A stretch of 64,000 bases of DNA from Escherichia coli (GCF_003334385.1 NZ_QOWN01000006.1); one strand, 5' to 3'. Positions 1-11,830 are shown, numbered from the stretch's first letter. Notes: generated by a model not told the origin, from the sequence alone. Numbers and translations: made by a program.

Positions 1-546
1 AAATCCGGCACGCGAGACATACATCGCCTGTTCAACCATCGACGAGGTGTTGTGCGCCAGTCGCAGCAAGTAACCAACTTCCAGTGCAGCGGTAATTTCA
101 TTGTCGAGGCTTTCATTTTCGCGAGACAGGAGATTCCCCTCGCTGACTAATGCATCCGATACGCCATTGACTGACAGGGTGCGTCGTCGGTTGAGTTCAA
201 TTTGCCAGGCGTGCTCGTCGCGATGCTGTTCGAACTCGGTTACAGCATTACGCAGTGAAGTGAAATCCAGTGGCGCTACGAGAGCTTCGCGCATGCCATT
301 ACGCAAAAAGATCAGTTTGTCGACGTTATACTGCAAATGCTTATCGAGCGCGTTGGCTACGTTTTCCAGATGATTACGCTGGCTGGAGATATAGGCATCT
401 TCCAGCACCACTACTTCACGCCAGGTGAGCAAGGTGGAAAAAAGCAATACCACGATAAAGCAGAGATTAACGACATGACCAGGCCCCAGGCGGCGTGCGA
501 GTTTTTTCAACCAGCTCTGGTTTTCCATTTTTGTCTCGTGCTGCAC
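1..546 (-). CDS. dgcQ: Diguanylate cyclase DgcQ (YedQ), N-terminal part only; gene runs off the window start
   Basis: Minus-strand frame open from a GTG at about 546 ([26 protein letters not shown]...) to position 1; matches recalled DgcQ N-terminus; synteny with yodC/yedI. Confidence 0.6.
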   Translation of the reverse strand, partial: MQHETKMENQSWLKKLARRLGPGHVVNLCFIVVLLFSTLLTWREVVVLEDAYISSQRNHLENVANALDKHLQYNVDKLIFLRNGMREALVAPLDFTSLRNAVTEFEQHRDEHAWQIELNRRRTLSVNGVSDALVSEGNLLSRENESLDNEITAALEVGYLLRLAHNTSSMVEQAMYVSRAGF

Positions 547-589
547 CCTGACGACTCCCAACCTGCTTTTTTATGATTCTGGCATAACC

Positions 590-775
590 TGGCGATAGCG
601 TACCGCAAAACAGCGATAATTTTATAATGGTGGCATGATAAGACGCGACAGACATCGATAGTTTTATAACGTAGGCATGATAAGACGCGATAGCGTCGCA
701 TCAGGCAATTCAGTGCAGACACTGGCACACCCGACCGGATGCGACGTGAGCGCCACATCCGGTCGGGTGTTAATG
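590..775. repeat. REP/BIME-type extragenic palindromes (two copies of ggcatgataagacgcga plus palindrome cacccgaccggatg...catccggtcgggtg)
   Basis: Direct repeat at about 613-642 and 671-690; perfect inverted repeat at about 730-772; resembles E. coli REP families. Confidence 0.5.
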
Positions 776-783
776 ATACCCTT

Positions 784-966
784 TCAAACTTCTTCCGCAG
801 GACGACTTCCCTCCCCCGGAACAAGCTCGGTTTCATGAAAAGCTTCCCGCTTGACCCCGTAACCGTCATACCAACGACACTCAACCATACCGCTGGAGTA
901 TCCGGTGACAATCATCCGCGGGCCGCCCTCTTTAACCGTAACTTCCTCACTAACCATAAAGCTCAT
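784..966 (-). CDS. yodC: Small protein YodC (60 aa)
   Basis: 60-aa ORF in the expected position between dgcQ and yedI; sequence MSFMVSEEVTVKEGG... recalled as YodC. Confidence 0.5.
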   Translation of the reverse strand: MSFMVSEEVTVKEGGPRMIVTGYSSGMVECRWYDGYGVKREAFHETELVPGEGSRPAEEV

Positions 967-1044
967 ACTCGCCTCCTTTTTTCGAGTGAAACTTGTTCAC
1001 CTTAGTTGAAGATGGCGAATTTTGCATAATAGCCTGTGCGAGTA

Positions 1045-1962
1045 TTAATGTGCCTGACCGCGTATTTTCGCTACGGCTTTCACTCCCAGCACCACGATGC
1101 CGCCGATGATAAATCCAAGAATCAGATTTAAAACAGTCGGTAATATCATCGCCACCACTGCACTTTGCTGCCCGGCGAAATGTTCAATGGCGTGATGCAG
1201 CGGCGCAATACCATGTACCACAATCCCGCCGCCGACGAGGAACATCGCCAGCGTGCCGACAATCGATAACGCTTTCATCAGCCAGGGCGCGATAATCAAT
1301 AATCCTTTACCTAATGCCTGCATCAGCGCGCTGGATTTTTCCGCCAGCCAATACCCCAGGTCATCAATCTTAACGATAACCCCTACCAGACCGTAGACGC
1401 CCACGGTCACTACCAACGCGATGCCTGAAAGCACCAGCACCTGATTAAGCAACGGCGCTTCGGCCACAATCCCCAGCGTGATGGCGACGATTTCGGCAGA
1501 CAATATAAAATCGGTACGAATCGCCCCTTTTATTTTGTCCTTTTCAAACTTCAGCGGATCCTGCGCCGCCAGCTTCTCCAGACGCTGCTGGCTCTGCGCC
1601 GGATCTTCTTTATGTTTACGCGCCTCCAGCATATGCAGCACTTTCTCTACTCCTTCAAAGCAGAGAAACGCGCCACCAATCATCAACAGAGGCGTAATCG
1701 CCCACGGGATAAACGCACTGATGATCAGCGCCAGCGGCACCAGAATCACTTTATTAATCAGCGATCCTTTCGCCACGCCCCAGACCACGGGAAGTTCCCG
1801 GTTGGCCCGCACGCCTGAAACTTGTTGCGCATTGAGCGATAAGTCATCCCCTAATACACCGGCGGTTTTCTTCGCCGCCAGTTTGCCCATCACGGAGATA
1901 TCGTCCAGCAGTGTGGCGATATCATCGAGCAACGTCAGTAAACTACTCCCGGCCAAAAGCAT
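1045..1962 (-). CDS. yedI: DUF808 inner membrane protein YedI
   Basis: 305-aa hydrophobic ORF; synteny. Confidence 0.8.
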   Translation of the reverse strand: MLLAGSSLLTLLDDIATLLDDISVMGKLAAKKTAGVLGDDLSLNAQQVSGVRANRELPVVWGVAKGSLINKVILVPLALIISAFIPWAITPLLMIGGAFLCFEGVEKVLHMLEARKHKEDPAQSQQRLEKLAAQDPLKFEKDKIKGAIRTDFILSAEIVAITLGIVAEAPLLNQVLVLSGIALVVTVGVYGLVGVIVKIDDLGYWLAEKSSALMQALGKGLLIIAPWLMKALSIVGTLAMFLVGGGIVVHGIAPLHHAIEHFAGQQSAVVAMILPTVLNLILGFIIGGIVVLGVKAVAKIRGQAH

Positions 1963-2134
1963 TCCCTCTCATTTTTATTGTTGAAGGGTGTAAGTATGAA
2001 GCAAAAACGGCAGCTCTGATACTTGCTTCACAGGTCAACATTTTTTTAACAATCAAGTGCAATTATATCTCTCGCCAGCAGAATGATTTTCACGTTTACT
2101 ATGAACCACCTTTTTATTTCCACCGTGAGGGATT

Positions 2135-3055
2135 ATGCGTTTCCGCCAGTTGTTACCGCTTTTTGGCGCGCTGTTTGCGTTGTATATCATTTGGGGCTCA
2201 ACCTATTTTGTCATTCGGATTGGCGTGGAAAGCTGGCCTCCGTTAATGATGGCAGGCGTTCGATTCCTGGCAGCCGGTATTTTATTGATGGCATTTTTGC
2301 TACTGCGCGGACACAAACTCCCCCCGCTACGTCCGCTGCTCAATGCCGCGCTGATTGGCCTGTTATTGCTGGCTGTCGGTAATGGCATGGTGACGGTTGC
2401 CGAACATCAAAATGTTCCTTCCGGCATCGCCGCCGTAGTGGTTGCAACCGTGCCCCTCTTTACCCTGTGCTTCAGCCGCCTGTTTGGCATTAAAACGCGC
2501 AAACTGGAATGGGTGGGTATTGCCATTGGGCTTGCCGGAATCATCATGCTCAATAGCGGTGGAAATTTAAGCGGCAATCCGTGGGGCGCGATTCTGATTT
2601 TAATCGGCTCGATTAGCTGGGCGTTTGGCTCGGTTTATGGCTCGCGCATTACCTTACCTGTAGGGATGATGGCGGGTGCGATTGAGATGCTGGCGGCAGG
2701 CGTGGTGTTAATGATCGCGTCGATGATTGCAGGTGAAAAACTGACGGCACTCCCTTCCCTTTCAGGCTTCCTTGCGGTCGGCTATCTGGCGCTGTTTGGT
2801 TCGATTATCGCCATTAACGCTTATATGTATTTAATCCGCAACGTCAGTCCGGCTCTCGCCACCAGCTACGCCTACGTTAACCCGGTGGTCGCGGTCTTGC
2901 TGGGTACGGGACTGGGCGGAGAAACGCTGTCGAAGATTGAATGGCTGGCGCTCGGCGTAATTGTCTTCGCGGTGGTACTGGTCACGTTGGGAAAATATCT
3001 CTTCCCGGCAAACCCCGTAGTTGCGCCAGTTATTCAGGACGCATCAAGCGAGTAA
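2135..3055 (+). CDS. yedA: EamA/DMT-family membrane transporter YedA
   Basis: 306-aa ORF with multiple hydrophobic segments; synteny upstream of vsr-dcm. Confidence 0.8.
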   Translation: MRFRQLLPLFGALFALYIIWGSTYFVIRIGVESWPPLMMAGVRFLAAGILLMAFLLLRGHKLPPLRPLLNAALIGLLLLAVGNGMVTVAEHQNVPSGIAAVVVATVPLFTLCFSRLFGIKTRKLEWVGIAIGLAGIIMLNSGGNLSGNPWGAILILIGSISWAFGSVYGSRITLPVGMMAGAIEMLAAGVVLMIASMIAGEKLTALPSLSGFLAVGYLALFGSIIAINAYMYLIRNVSPALATSYAYVNPVVAVLLGTGLGGETLSKIEWLALGVIVFAVVLVTLGKYLFPANPVVAPVIQDASSE

Positions 3056-3514
3056 ATGAATCCCCTGCGTGTCGATCTGCGCGCTGGCACCTTCGCCGCA
3101 GATCCACTCTTCCAGACGCTCGCTAAGCGCTTCATCCGTCAGCTTCTCGCGCCCACGTAATGCACACTCCCAGACAATCAATACGCGCCAGCCGAGTTCC
3201 TGCAAACGACTGATATCGCGGCGATCGCGTTCAACATTTTTACCTATCTTCTCCAGCCAGAACTCGGTTCGAGTCGCAGGCACTTTAAACAGATAGCAGT
3301 GATGATGATGCCAGAAGCAGCCGTGGGTAAATATCACGCAGCGATATTCATCAACGACAAAATCCGGGCGTCCGGGCAGACTGGCGTCCTGAACGCGAAA
3401 TGCCAGGCCCTGCCCGGTTAACAGACTGGCGAGGCGCTTCTCTATCGCCGTATCACGCGTGGCAATCGCGCGCATATTTTTGCTGCGAGTGGCCTTATCG
3501 TGAACGTCGGCCAT
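3044..3514 (-). CDS. vsr: Very-short-patch repair endonuclease Vsr
   Basis: Internal start [32 protein letters not shown]... within the listed 210-aa ORF; 156 aa; overlaps the dcm 3' end. Confidence 0.9.
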   Translation of the reverse strand: MADVHDKATRSKNMRAIATRDTAIEKRLASLLTGQGLAFRVQDASLPGRPDFVVDEYRCVIFTHGCFWHHHHCYLFKVPATRTEFWLEKIGKNVERDRRDISRLQELGWRVLIVWECALRGREKLTDEALSERLEEWICGEGASAQIDTQGIHLLA

Positions 3515-4913
3515 GTTGTGCCTCTTGCTGACGCAACGCCACCGCCTGTTTGATTTTTGGCTCAAGCAGTTTTGCCACCGCGGCAAAGACCGGCACGACC
3601 ACCGAGTTACCGAACTGGCGATAGGCCTGAGTGTCCGAAACCGGAATGCGGAATTTCGCTTCTCCCGGCGCTTCAAAACCCATTAAGCGCGCGCATTCCC
3701 GAGGCGTTAACCGACGTGGACGATGTTGCTGATTCAGCGGATCGTCAAAGTCTTTCTCACCCGTGGCCATATCCCAGCCGCGATCGATTAAAATTTCCGC
3801 GCCATCTTTGTAATAACGCGCAGACAGCGTACGCGTGACGCTTTGCGGATTGTTAGGATAGACCATTCCATAACCGAAGCCGTTACCGCGCGCCTGATGT
3901 TTTTTCGCATAACGATAGAGGTACTTCCACAGCACCGGCGTCAGGATATATTTCGCCTCGACCATCGGGTCCAGCAGCTGTGCCAGCGTCACTCGCTGTG
4001 CAGGGAAACATTCGCTGATATCACGCAGAGTAAAATCGGCTTTCAGATTCAGATCGCGACGAAAACCCACCAGCACGATGCGTTCACGGTGCTGCGGCAG
4101 AAAATGTTTACCATCGATGATTTTCGGATCGTCCGGCCCGTTATCTTCTGCATCAGCCACGTCATAGCCCAGTTCGTCCAGCGTCTGCATGATGATGCGG
4201 AACGTTTTACCCTGGTCGTGGCTTTTCAGGTTTTTGACGTTTTCGAGCACAAACATCGCCGGACGACGCGCGTCGATAATGCGCACCACATCAAAGAACA
4301 GCGTGCCCTGAGTATCGCAGGCAAAACCGTGCGCCCGCCCGAGCGAGTTCTTTTTCGATACGCCAGCCAGCGAAAATGGCTGACAAGGGAAACCGGCCAG
4401 TAAAACATCGTGTTCAGGAATGTGTTTACGAATATGTTCCGCCGCCGCCTCATCACTCACGCCTTCTTTATGGCTGAGGGTGATGTCGCGGATATCTTCA
4501 TTAAAATGATGCGTCGCCGGGTCGCAATAATGATTGGCTTTATAAGTGCGTACCGCATGTTTGTTCCATTCGCTGGTAAACACGCATTGTCCGCCAATCG
4601 ATTCAAAACCGCGACGGATGCCGCCAATTCCGGCAAATAGATCGATAAAGCGAAACGCATAATGCGGATGATGTGCCGGTGGTTTGGGTAACAACGTTTG
4701 CAGATGGGCGAACTCTTTCTCACTTAAACGGTGCCATGCCGAGTCATTCGCCAGCGCACGTTTTAAAATTGCCGCGCTCCAGTGATTCTCACCCACACCA
4801 TTAAGCTGCGCCACCAGCGTTTTAACATCATAAATTTGCAGCAGTTTCTCCAGCATTGCCTGTGCGGCATTCCCGGTGCTGTATGAATCGGTTACTGATA
4901 TATTTTCCTGCAT
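3495..4913 (-). CDS. dcm: DNA cytosine-5 methyltransferase Dcm
   Basis: Motifs FAGIGG and PCQPFS (catalytic Cys) present; start taken at MQENIS (alternative start 4922). Confidence 0.9.
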   Translation of the reverse strand: MQENISVTDSYSTGNAAQAMLEKLLQIYDVKTLVAQLNGVGENHWSAAILKRALANDSAWHRLSEKEFAHLQTLLPKPPAHHPHYAFRFIDLFAGIGGIRRGFESIGGQCVFTSEWNKHAVRTYKANHYCDPATHHFNEDIRDITLSHKEGVSDEAAAEHIRKHIPEHDVLLAGFPCQPFSLAGVSKKNSLGRAHGFACDTQGTLFFDVVRIIDARRPAMFVLENVKNLKSHDQGKTFRIIMQTLDELGYDVADAEDNGPDDPKIIDGKHFLPQHRERIVLVGFRRDLNLKADFTLRDISECFPAQRVTLAQLLDPMVEAKYILTPVLWKYLYRYAKKHQARGNGFGYGMVYPNNPQSVTRTLSARYYKDGAEILIDRGWDMATGEKDFDDPLNQQHRPRRLTPRECARLMGFEAPGEAKFRIPVSDTQAYRQFGNSVVVPVFAAVAKLLEPKIKQAVALRQQEAQHGRRSR

Positions 4914-4979
4914 AGATTTCACCGGCCATCTGAGATGGCCGACAGGTTAACATAATTACAGCCATTTAGGGCCACGCGC

Positions 4980-5675
4980 TCAGCCAGCGGATGAAAACGC
5001 ATCTATCACCTTGTGATCGACACCTTCATTCTCCCCCGCCAGTTCGGCACTGAGCTTCGCCATAAACTCGACTAAAAAATGCGCGTTGTGCTGCGCCAGC
5101 TGCTTGCCTCTTGCGGTTTGCATGGTTTGCGGTAGCTTCAGCAACTTAGTCTGGAAATGATCCAGCGCGTAGCGTTTATCATCAAGCGGGCGATGCTGTG
5201 CGAGCGGATCTTCACCATCAAACAGCGCCACGCCCAATGCCCCTGAAACGGCAAACACGCGCGCCAGGCCAATCGCTCCCAGGGCTTCCAGCCGATCTGC
5301 ATCCAGGACGATTTTAGCTTCCGTGGTTAAGGGGGCGATTTGCGCGCTGAAACTGTGAGCGGCAATGGCATGACAAACGGCCTCAATTTTCTCCGCCGGA
5401 AATTGCACGAACTCTTCACGGAGCAGGCGACGCGTCTCTTCTGCTGCCAGGATTGAAGAACGCTGCCTTTGCGGATGATTTTTCGCCAGGCTCACAATAT
5501 CGTGAAAATAACAGGCGGTTAAAATCACCAGCATATCGACGTCGTCATCTGCCGCCAGCTTCTGTGCCGTAGCCCAGACGCGGCGAAAATGACACACGTC
5601 ATGGGCCGCGTCCTGGTGCTGATGATGGTTTTTCAACCAATTTTCGAACTGTGCCTGCCAGTGTTGTAAGTCCAT
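4980..5675 (-). CDS. yedJ: HD-domain phosphohydrolase YedJ
   Basis: 231-aa ORF with H..HD motif (CYFHDIV); synteny. Confidence 0.75.
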   Translation of the reverse strand: MDLQHWQAQFENWLKNHHQHQDAAHDVCHFRRVWATAQKLAADDDVDMLVILTACYFHDIVSLAKNHPQRQRSSILAAEETRRLLREEFVQFPAEKIEAVCHAIAAHSFSAQIAPLTTEAKIVLDADRLEALGAIGLARVFAVSGALGVALFDGEDPLAQHRPLDDKRYALDHFQTKLLKLPQTMQTARGKQLAQHNAHFLVEFMAKLSAELAGENEGVDHKVIDAFSSAG

Positions 5676-5714
5676 ACGCGCTCCGTTGCCAAAGAGTCGC
5701 CACCTTAGCAGTTT

Positions 5715-6017
5715 TTATTCATAGCGTCTGCTACGTGCGGGACGAGGTCGGGTGTACCAGGCAATGCTGCCTAACAATGCCCCGACCAGAGCCATAAATA
5801 AAAATCCGACCAGTGCCCCTAACCACTTTCCCGCGGTAGAGCCTAAATCGCTTTCAAATCCCGACACGGGGGCATCGGGGATCCGGCTCATCACCCAGAT
5901 GTAACGCGCCATTGCCCAGACGAAATAGCCACACCATGTATAGAAAGCCCACAAAGCCAGTTTGCCGCCAGGGCTGCGAGAGAGTCTCTCTTCCATCTTT
6001 GTCGAACCGTATTCCAT
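5715..6017 (-). CDS. yedR: Small inner membrane protein YedR (start uncertain; ORF could extend to 6098 with a TTG)
   Basis: Hydrophobic small ORF; synteny. Confidence 0.55.
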   Translation of the reverse strand: MEYGSTKMEERLSRSPGGKLALWAFYTWCGYFVWAMARYIWVMSRIPDAPVSGFESDLGSTAGKWLGALVGFLFMALVGALLGSIAWYTRPRPARSRRYE

Positions 6018-6243
6018 TTTGAGATAACCCGGAAAATTCAGACTTAGTACTATTATGTGATAAAAGTCACATTTTTCCACATTGGATGAGCCAGTCAAGA
6101 CTCACTCATTTTTTGAACAAATAGATAATTTTTGCGCAACGGCAGTGAATACAGGAAAAATCGTTTTGAGCGATTTTATTTATCTTTGATATCGGCTTTA
6201 TTAATTCATTTAATCAATATATTAGCACTGATTACAATTATAC

Positions 6244-6335
6244 CTTTTTATTATTCTGTGTCATGATGCTTACGTTATTAGCCTTTTATCGTCTTGTTTA
6301 TATTTTTTGGGCCGGCATGATGCCGGCTTTTTTTA
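6244..6335 (+). ncRNA. Candidate small RNA (RseX-like position) ending at a strong intrinsic terminator
   Basis: Hairpin gggccggcatgatgccggc plus T-run at about 6309-6335 with no upstream plus-strand CDS; TACAAT -10-like hexamer at about 6232; RseX is reported between yedR and yedS in K-12 (recalled, not aligned). Confidence 0.3.
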
Positions 6336-6645
6336 TACCTTCATTAATGTGCGCGTGATCACACCAAGTGTTTAGCGCAACAATCATTGATACTCCCTAT
6401 CTTTCCGCTTAACTCATAACATATTGATATACATTTATAATTTTCATGAATATTTATATTTGGAATTCATGATTCTGAATTATATTAAATAGATTAGAAA
6501 CATTTTGAAATCTTTTAAATACATTTGTTGCATGTAATCCTTAAAATAAAATGAAGTTCATAGAATAGTATCCAAATGTGCTTTTTTTTGGATAACGGCA
6601 CTTATTGATATATTCATGAAGATTATAATCACAAGGGAATACATA

Positions 6646-7704
6646 ATGAAAAGAAAAGTTCTGGCAATGCTGGTCCCGGCGTTATTAGTTGCTGGCGCAG
6701 CAAATGCGGCTGAAATTTATAATAAAAATGGCAATAAACTGGATTTGTACGGCAAGATGGTTGGTGAGCGCATTCTGACCGACCGTGAAAATGGTGAAAA
6801 AGGCGATAATTCTCAAGATACCTCTTATGCCCGTGTAGGCGTGAAAGGTGAAACTCAGATCAACCCTGAATTGACTGGTTACGGTCAGTTTGAACTAGAC
6901 CTGGAAGCATCAAACAGACACAACCCTGACCAAACTCGTTTGGCTTATGCTGGTTTGAGTTACAAAGATTTTGGTTCATTCGACTATGGTCGTAATGTCG
7001 GTGTCGCGTATGATGCAGAAGCATTTACTGATATGTTTGTTGAGTGGGGCGGTGATTCATGGGCTGGTACTGACCTGTTCATGACCAACCGTACCAACGG
7101 TGTTGCAACCTATCGTAACACAGATTTCTTTGGCATGGTTGAAGGTCTAAATTTTGCTCTGCAATATCAGGGTAAAAATGAAGGTACAGGCAACTACAAA
7201 GCAAATGGCGATGGCCATGGTTTATCTGTAACTTACACTATTGACGGTTTCTCATTTGCTGGTGCTTACGCAAACTCTGATCGTACTGATTTCCAGTCTA
7301 GTGATAGTAAAGGTGAAAAAGCAGAAGTTTGGGCACTGTCAACAAAATATGATGCCAACAACGTCTATGCTGCTGTGATGTACGGTGAATCTCACAACAT
7401 GAATTCCGACGACGGTGATGTTGTGAACAAAACACAAAACTTCGAAGTTGTTCTGCAATATCAGTTCGACTTCGGTCTGCGTCCATCCATCGGTTACTCC
7501 TATTCTAAAGCACTGGACGTAGCAGGTTACAAAGATTCTGATCGTCTGAACTACATTGAAATCGGTACCTGGTATTACTTCAATAAGAACATGAACGTAT
7601 ATACCGCTTATCAGATCAACCTGCTTGATAAGAGTGATTATGTTCTCGCTCATGGACTGAACACCGACGACCAACTCGCATTTGGTATCGTCTACCAGTT
7701 CTAA
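6646..7704 (+). CDS. yedS: OmpC/OmpF-family general porin (YedS-like), apparently intact
   Basis: Signal peptide MKRKVLAMLVPALLVAGAANA, C-terminal YQF, beta-barrel porin pattern; RBS aaggg upstream of the ATG at 6646. Confidence 0.85.
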   Translation: MKRKVLAMLVPALLVAGAANAAEIYNKNGNKLDLYGKMVGERILTDRENGEKGDNSQDTSYARVGVKGETQINPELTGYGQFELDLEASNRHNPDQTRLAYAGLSYKDFGSFDYGRNVGVAYDAEAFTDMFVEWGGDSWAGTDLFMTNRTNGVATYRNTDFFGMVEGLNFALQYQGKNEGTGNYKANGDGHGLSVTYTIDGFSFAGAYANSDRTDFQSSDSKGEKAEVWALSTKYDANNVYAAVMYGESHNMNSDDGDVVNKTQNFEVVLQYQFDFGLRPSIGYSYSKALDVAGYKDSDRLNYIEIGTWYYFNKNMNVYTAYQINLLDKSDYVLAHGLNTDDQLAFGIVYQF

Positions 7705-7746
7705 TCAGCCAACGCGCCGCGGCGTGTTACTGTAAAACTTAACACT

Positions 7747-7785
7747 AGCCTGAGTTCGTCCCTCATCGAACTCAGGCTTTTTTAT
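7747..7785 (+). terminator. Intrinsic terminator of the porin gene
   Basis: agcctgagttcg...cgaactcaggct stem followed by a T-run. Confidence 0.7.
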
Positions 7786-8295
7786 TGGCATTTTATCTCC
7801 CTCTGCGGCACGCGCAATTGCCAAAGCATATCGATACAGCACCTTACCCTGCCCCTGCTGGCACAATAACATCTACCAGCGACTCTTCCAGCCAAGACCC
7901 AAATGCATTTCTTTATGAATTAATCTGCAACAAAACCGCCTCCCATATAGAAATATTTGCAAAAATAGTGCATGAAATACGCTTTTTCTCTACCAATCCG
8001 GGATATAAATATTCATCAGCACCACAATATTCCACAGCACTAAATCTCTCCCCGTCGCCCCGTACCTCTGATAATGGTCTAAAATCATTGAGGCCACTTG
8101 CGACGACGTTGCTCAATAAGGAAAATTTGGCGTGAATAATATTCAACACCAGTGCAGCATCATCATTACATACTTACACCCGCCGACGACCGCTTTCGAT
8201 ATATTGACTCAATTTTCCAGCCTGGTTAAAAATAGCGACCAGCTCAGTCGAAAATATAGTGACTACCCTAACTAAGCAACAATAAGGAATACACT

Positions 8296-9147
8296 ATGAC
8301 TGTTCAAACAAGTAAAAATCCGCAGGTCGATATTGCTGAAGATAATGCATTCTTCCCTTCAGAATATTCGCTTAGCCAATATACCAGTCCCGTCTCTGAT
8401 CTTGATGGCGTGGACTATCCAAAACCGTATCGCGGTAAGCATAAAATTCTGGTGATCGCCGCGGACGAACGTTATTTGCCAACCGATAACGGAAAACTGT
8501 TCTCGACCGGTAACCATCCGATTGAAACGTTGCTGCCGTTGTATCATCTCCATGCTGCAGGTTTCGAATTCGAAGTGGCGACCATTTCCGGTCTGATGAC
8601 CAAGTTTGAATACTGGGCTATGCCGCACAAAGATGAAAAAGTAATGCCATTCTTTGAGCAGCATAAATCGTTGTTCCGCAATCCGAAGAAACTCGCGGAT
8701 GTTGTCGCCAGCCTCAACGCTGACAGCGAATATGCAGCAATCTTTGTTCCTGGTGGTCATGGCGCACTTATTGGTTTACCAGAAAGCCAGGACGTAGCTG
8801 CTGCTTTGCAGTGGGCAATCAAAAATGACCGTTTTGTTATCTCCCTTTGCCACGGCCCGGCGGCTTTTCTGGCGCTTCGCCACGGCGATAACCCACTGAA
8901 TGGTTATTCCATTTGCGCATTCCCAGACGCCGCAGACAAACAAACGCCAGAGATAGGCTATATGCCGGGTCATCTCACCTGGTACTTCGGCGAAGAGCTG
9001 AAGAAAATGGGCATGAACATTATTAATGACGACATCACCGGGCGAGTACATAAGGACCGTAAAGTTCTCACCGGCGACAGTCCTTTCGCAGCGAATGCGT
9101 TGGGTAAACTGGCGGCGCAGGAAATGCTGGCAGCTTATGCGGGTTAA
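8296..9147 (+). CDS. hchA: Hsp31 chaperone / glyoxalase III (DJ-1/PfpI family)
   Basis: 283-aa ORF with catalytic Cys context SLCHGPAA; synteny. Confidence 0.9.
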   Translation: MTVQTSKNPQVDIAEDNAFFPSEYSLSQYTSPVSDLDGVDYPKPYRGKHKILVIAADERYLPTDNGKLFSTGNHPIETLLPLYHLHAAGFEFEVATISGLMTKFEYWAMPHKDEKVMPFFEQHKSLFRNPKKLADVVASLNADSEYAAIFVPGGHGALIGLPESQDVAAALQWAIKNDRFVISLCHGPAAFLALRHGDNPLNGYSICAFPDAADKQTPEIGYMPGHLTWYFGEELKKMGMNIINDDITGRVHKDRKVLTGDSPFAANALGKLAAQEMLAAYAG

Positions 9148-9254
9148 TCCCTGTTACGTATGAATGTAAGCGCATAATCAATCGCAGCCACGTTAATACT
9201 CACGACGTGGCTGCGTTTTTTCATGGTTGATTTATGGCGTACTGAAGCCCTATG

Positions 9255-10613
9255 TTAATTTCTTTGCGGTAACATAATCCGGAACACATTATGCTTATTG
9301 AGATAGTGATACGTAGCACTTCCCCCATGTAATTCGGCAATCGCTTTGACTAAAGAAAGACCAAGTCCCTGACCTACGGAATGACGCGAATTATCTCCCC
9401 GCCAAAATCTACGGAAGAGTTTTTCAGGCTCATGAATTTTCGTTCCAGGACTGGCGACATCAATATTAAGATAGCCGTTGGTATCAAGAAAACTGGTTAT
9501 CTCAATACGCGATTTTTCTGGTGAATATCTAATGGCATTAACAATAAGATTCGATAACATTCGTTGCAGTAAAATTTTATCCGCAAAGATTTGCTGATTG
9601 CACTCGACCTTAAAGCAAATCTCTTTCTCGTCTGAAAGGTATTCAAGATAATCCAACAAATTTTCGACTTCCTTATTGAGAGAAAGCGAGTCCAGTTTCA
9701 CCAAAACATTGTTTTTATCTGCCCGGGCAAGAAACAGTATGTTCTCTGTTAACCGCGAAATATTTTCCAGCTCTTCAATGTTACCGGCAATTGTTTTTTG
9801 ATATTCAGCGATACTTCTGGTTTGACTGAGCGTAACCTGATTCTGACCCAGTAATGCATTAATGGGCGTTCTAAGTTCATGAGCGAGATCGTCAGCAAAT
9901 TGACTTAGGCGTTCAAAATCTTTGACTAAAGCATGATGCATTTTATTCAACGCCTGCCCAAGAGGTTTTAGTTCTCTCGGTAATGCGCTAACCTCAACAG
10001 GCTCCCGGCTATCGTTATAATTCAGCGCTTCCGTTACACCACTCAACTTTTTGATCTCTCGTAACCCCGTTCGGATTAACAGCGGACTTAATACTGAGCA
10101 CAGTATAATGGCGACAATGCAAATTATAATGCTATTGATTTTATACTGTTCAAGCATGTTATGTCTGGCTGAAGCCAATTTAGCCACAGTAACCGTTAAT
10201 GATGGCGAAACTTCATCAATATTAATTCGTAAAGCATCTATCTCTGTATCATTAATAATGCTTCTGTAAATGCCAGCTGCGCTGATTGTCTCACTAGCAG
10301 GTATGTTATTTAACATGCCATCACTGACATTTGTCCGGTTAACAATTTTATTGATGCTATCACCATGAATGATCAAGATATCCTGACTAACATCCATCAT
10401 CCGGTTAAAGTACACAGGTAACGTATCTGGATTTACCCCATCAATTAACAACTGCTTGATCTGTGCTGTCCGGTTAATGAGTGTTGTATCATCGCGCCAT
10501 TTCAACTCACTTGCCAGGCCATTATAGAGAGTCCAGACAATTCCAGCACCAGCAACAGACAGTAGCAATATAAAAAGCAAGGTTAAACGGACGGTTATAG
10601 ACAATCTTTTCAT
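9255..10613 (-). CDS. hprS: Two-component sensor histidine kinase HprS (YedV)
   Basis: 452 aa; N-terminal transmembrane segments; H-box LAHELRTPI; ATPase motifs near the C-terminus. Confidence 0.85.
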   Translation of the reverse strand: MKRLSITVRLTLLFILLLSVAGAGIVWTLYNGLASELKWRDDTTLINRTAQIKQLLIDGVNPDTLPVYFNRMMDVSQDILIIHGDSINKIVNRTNVSDGMLNNIPASETISAAGIYRSIINDTEIDALRINIDEVSPSLTVTVAKLASARHNMLEQYKINSIIICIVAIILCSVLSPLLIRTGLREIKKLSGVTEALNYNDSREPVEVSALPRELKPLGQALNKMHHALVKDFERLSQFADDLAHELRTPINALLGQNQVTLSQTRSIAEYQKTIAGNIEELENISRLTENILFLARADKNNVLVKLDSLSLNKEVENLLDYLEYLSDEKEICFKVECNQQIFADKILLQRMLSNLIVNAIRYSPEKSRIEITSFLDTNGYLNIDVASPGTKIHEPEKLFRRFWRGDNSRHSVGQGLGLSLVKAIAELHGGSATYHYLNKHNVFRIMLPQRN

Positions 10614-11284
10614 TATTTTTTTACCGCTACGAACGAATATCCCATCCCACGGATTGTGGCAATTAGCTTTTCAGGAAAAGGATCATCAACTTTTGCGCGG
10701 AGCCTGCGAATGGCGACGTCCACCGTATTGGTATCACTATCAAAGTTGATTCCCCAAATTTCACTCGCAATAACCGTTCTGGGTATAATTTCGCCAGCTC
10801 TGGAGGCCAGTAGCCAAAGTAACTGAAACTCCTTGCGCGTCAGTGTAATACTGATATTGTCCCTGCTCACACTTTGACTAACAGAGTCCATTCTTAAGCC
10901 GCTGATTTCTAATGTTGAATTCAAAGCGTGATGTTGCCTTAATTGTGCCCGAACCCTTGCCAGCAACTCAGAAAATGAAAAAGGTTTTACCAGATAATCA
11001 TTTGCCCCACTGTCCAGCCCTCTGACTCTGTCATCGACAGAATCCCTTGCAGTAAGGCAAATAACAGGGGTTTGCTTTGCTGTTCTTAACGTTTGTAAGA
11101 TCTGCCAGCCATCCATACCCGGAAGCATAATATCCAGAATGATCAATGCATAATCATCCTTCAGCGCAAGATAAAGCCCATCTCTGCCATCAGAAACGGC
11201 ATCAATGACATAACCCGCTTCGGAAAGCCCCTGCGTTACCCACTCCTGGGTCCTTTGATTATCTTCAATAAGTAAAATCTTCAT
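10613..11284 (-). CDS. hprR: Two-component response regulator HprR (YedW), OmpR family
   Basis: Start taken at MKILLIEDNQ (223 aa); receiver domain plus winged-helix; stop/start overlap with hprS. Confidence 0.85.
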   Translation of the reverse strand: MKILLIEDNQRTQEWVTQGLSEAGYVIDAVSDGRDGLYLALKDDYALIILDIMLPGMDGWQILQTLRTAKQTPVICLTARDSVDDRVRGLDSGANDYLVKPFSFSELLARVRAQLRQHHALNSTLEISGLRMDSVSQSVSRDNISITLTRKEFQLLWLLASRAGEIIPRTVIASEIWGINFDSDTNTVDVAIRRLRAKVDDPFPEKLIATIRGMGYSFVAVKK

Positions 11285-11416
11285 GAAAATAATATGCCAT
11301 AAATCATATGTTATAGAAACAGCCTGGTTCATTACAAAATTGTAATGCTGCTGTAAGGTTACCCTGGACGCTTTTTCGCTATCCTCAAAACTCATTCACA
11401 TGACAAGGATATAAAC

Positions 11417-11830
11417 ATGTTAAAGCGTTATTTAGTACTCTCCGTAGTAACGGCTGCATTTTCATTACCTTCTTTGGTCTATGCTGCACAACAAAACATT
11501 CTTAGCGTGCACATTTTGAACCAGCAAACAGGAAAACCCGCTGCCGACGTGACAGTCACTCTTGAAAAGAAAGCGGACAACGGCTGGTTACAACTTAATA
11601 CCGCCAAAACAGATAAGGATGGACGAATTAAGGCACTGTGGCCCGAGCAAACTGCAACTACGGGCGATTACCGTGTCGTATTTAAAACCGGGGACTATTT
11701 CAAGAAACAAAATCTTGAAAGTTTCTTCCCTGAGATCCCCGTTGAATTTCATATTAATAAAGTGAACGAGCATTATCATGTGCCTTTATTACTTAGCCAA
11801 TATGGGTATTCAACCTATCGTGGCAGTTAA
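11417..11830 (+). CDS. hiuH: 5-hydroxyisourate hydrolase (transthyretin-like), periplasmic
   Basis: 137 aa with signal peptide and C-terminal YRGS motif. Confidence 0.85.
   Translation: MLKRYLVLSVVTAAFSLPSLVYAAQQNILSVHILNQQTGKPAADVTVTLEKKADNGWLQLNTAKTDKDGRIKALWPEQTATTGDYRVVFKTGDYFKKQNLESFFPEIPVEFHINKVNEHYHVPLLLSQYGYSTYRGS

Noticed and set aside
467-966. Minus and plus ORFs at 467-655, 507-911 and 739-1005
   Set aside because: They run through REP palindromes and overlap the better-supported dgcQ start and yodC; likely non-coding
7785-8149. 116- and 78-codon ORFs between the porin gene and hchA
   Set aside because: Low-complexity translations, no RBS, mutually overlapping on opposite strands; more likely the hchA promoter region
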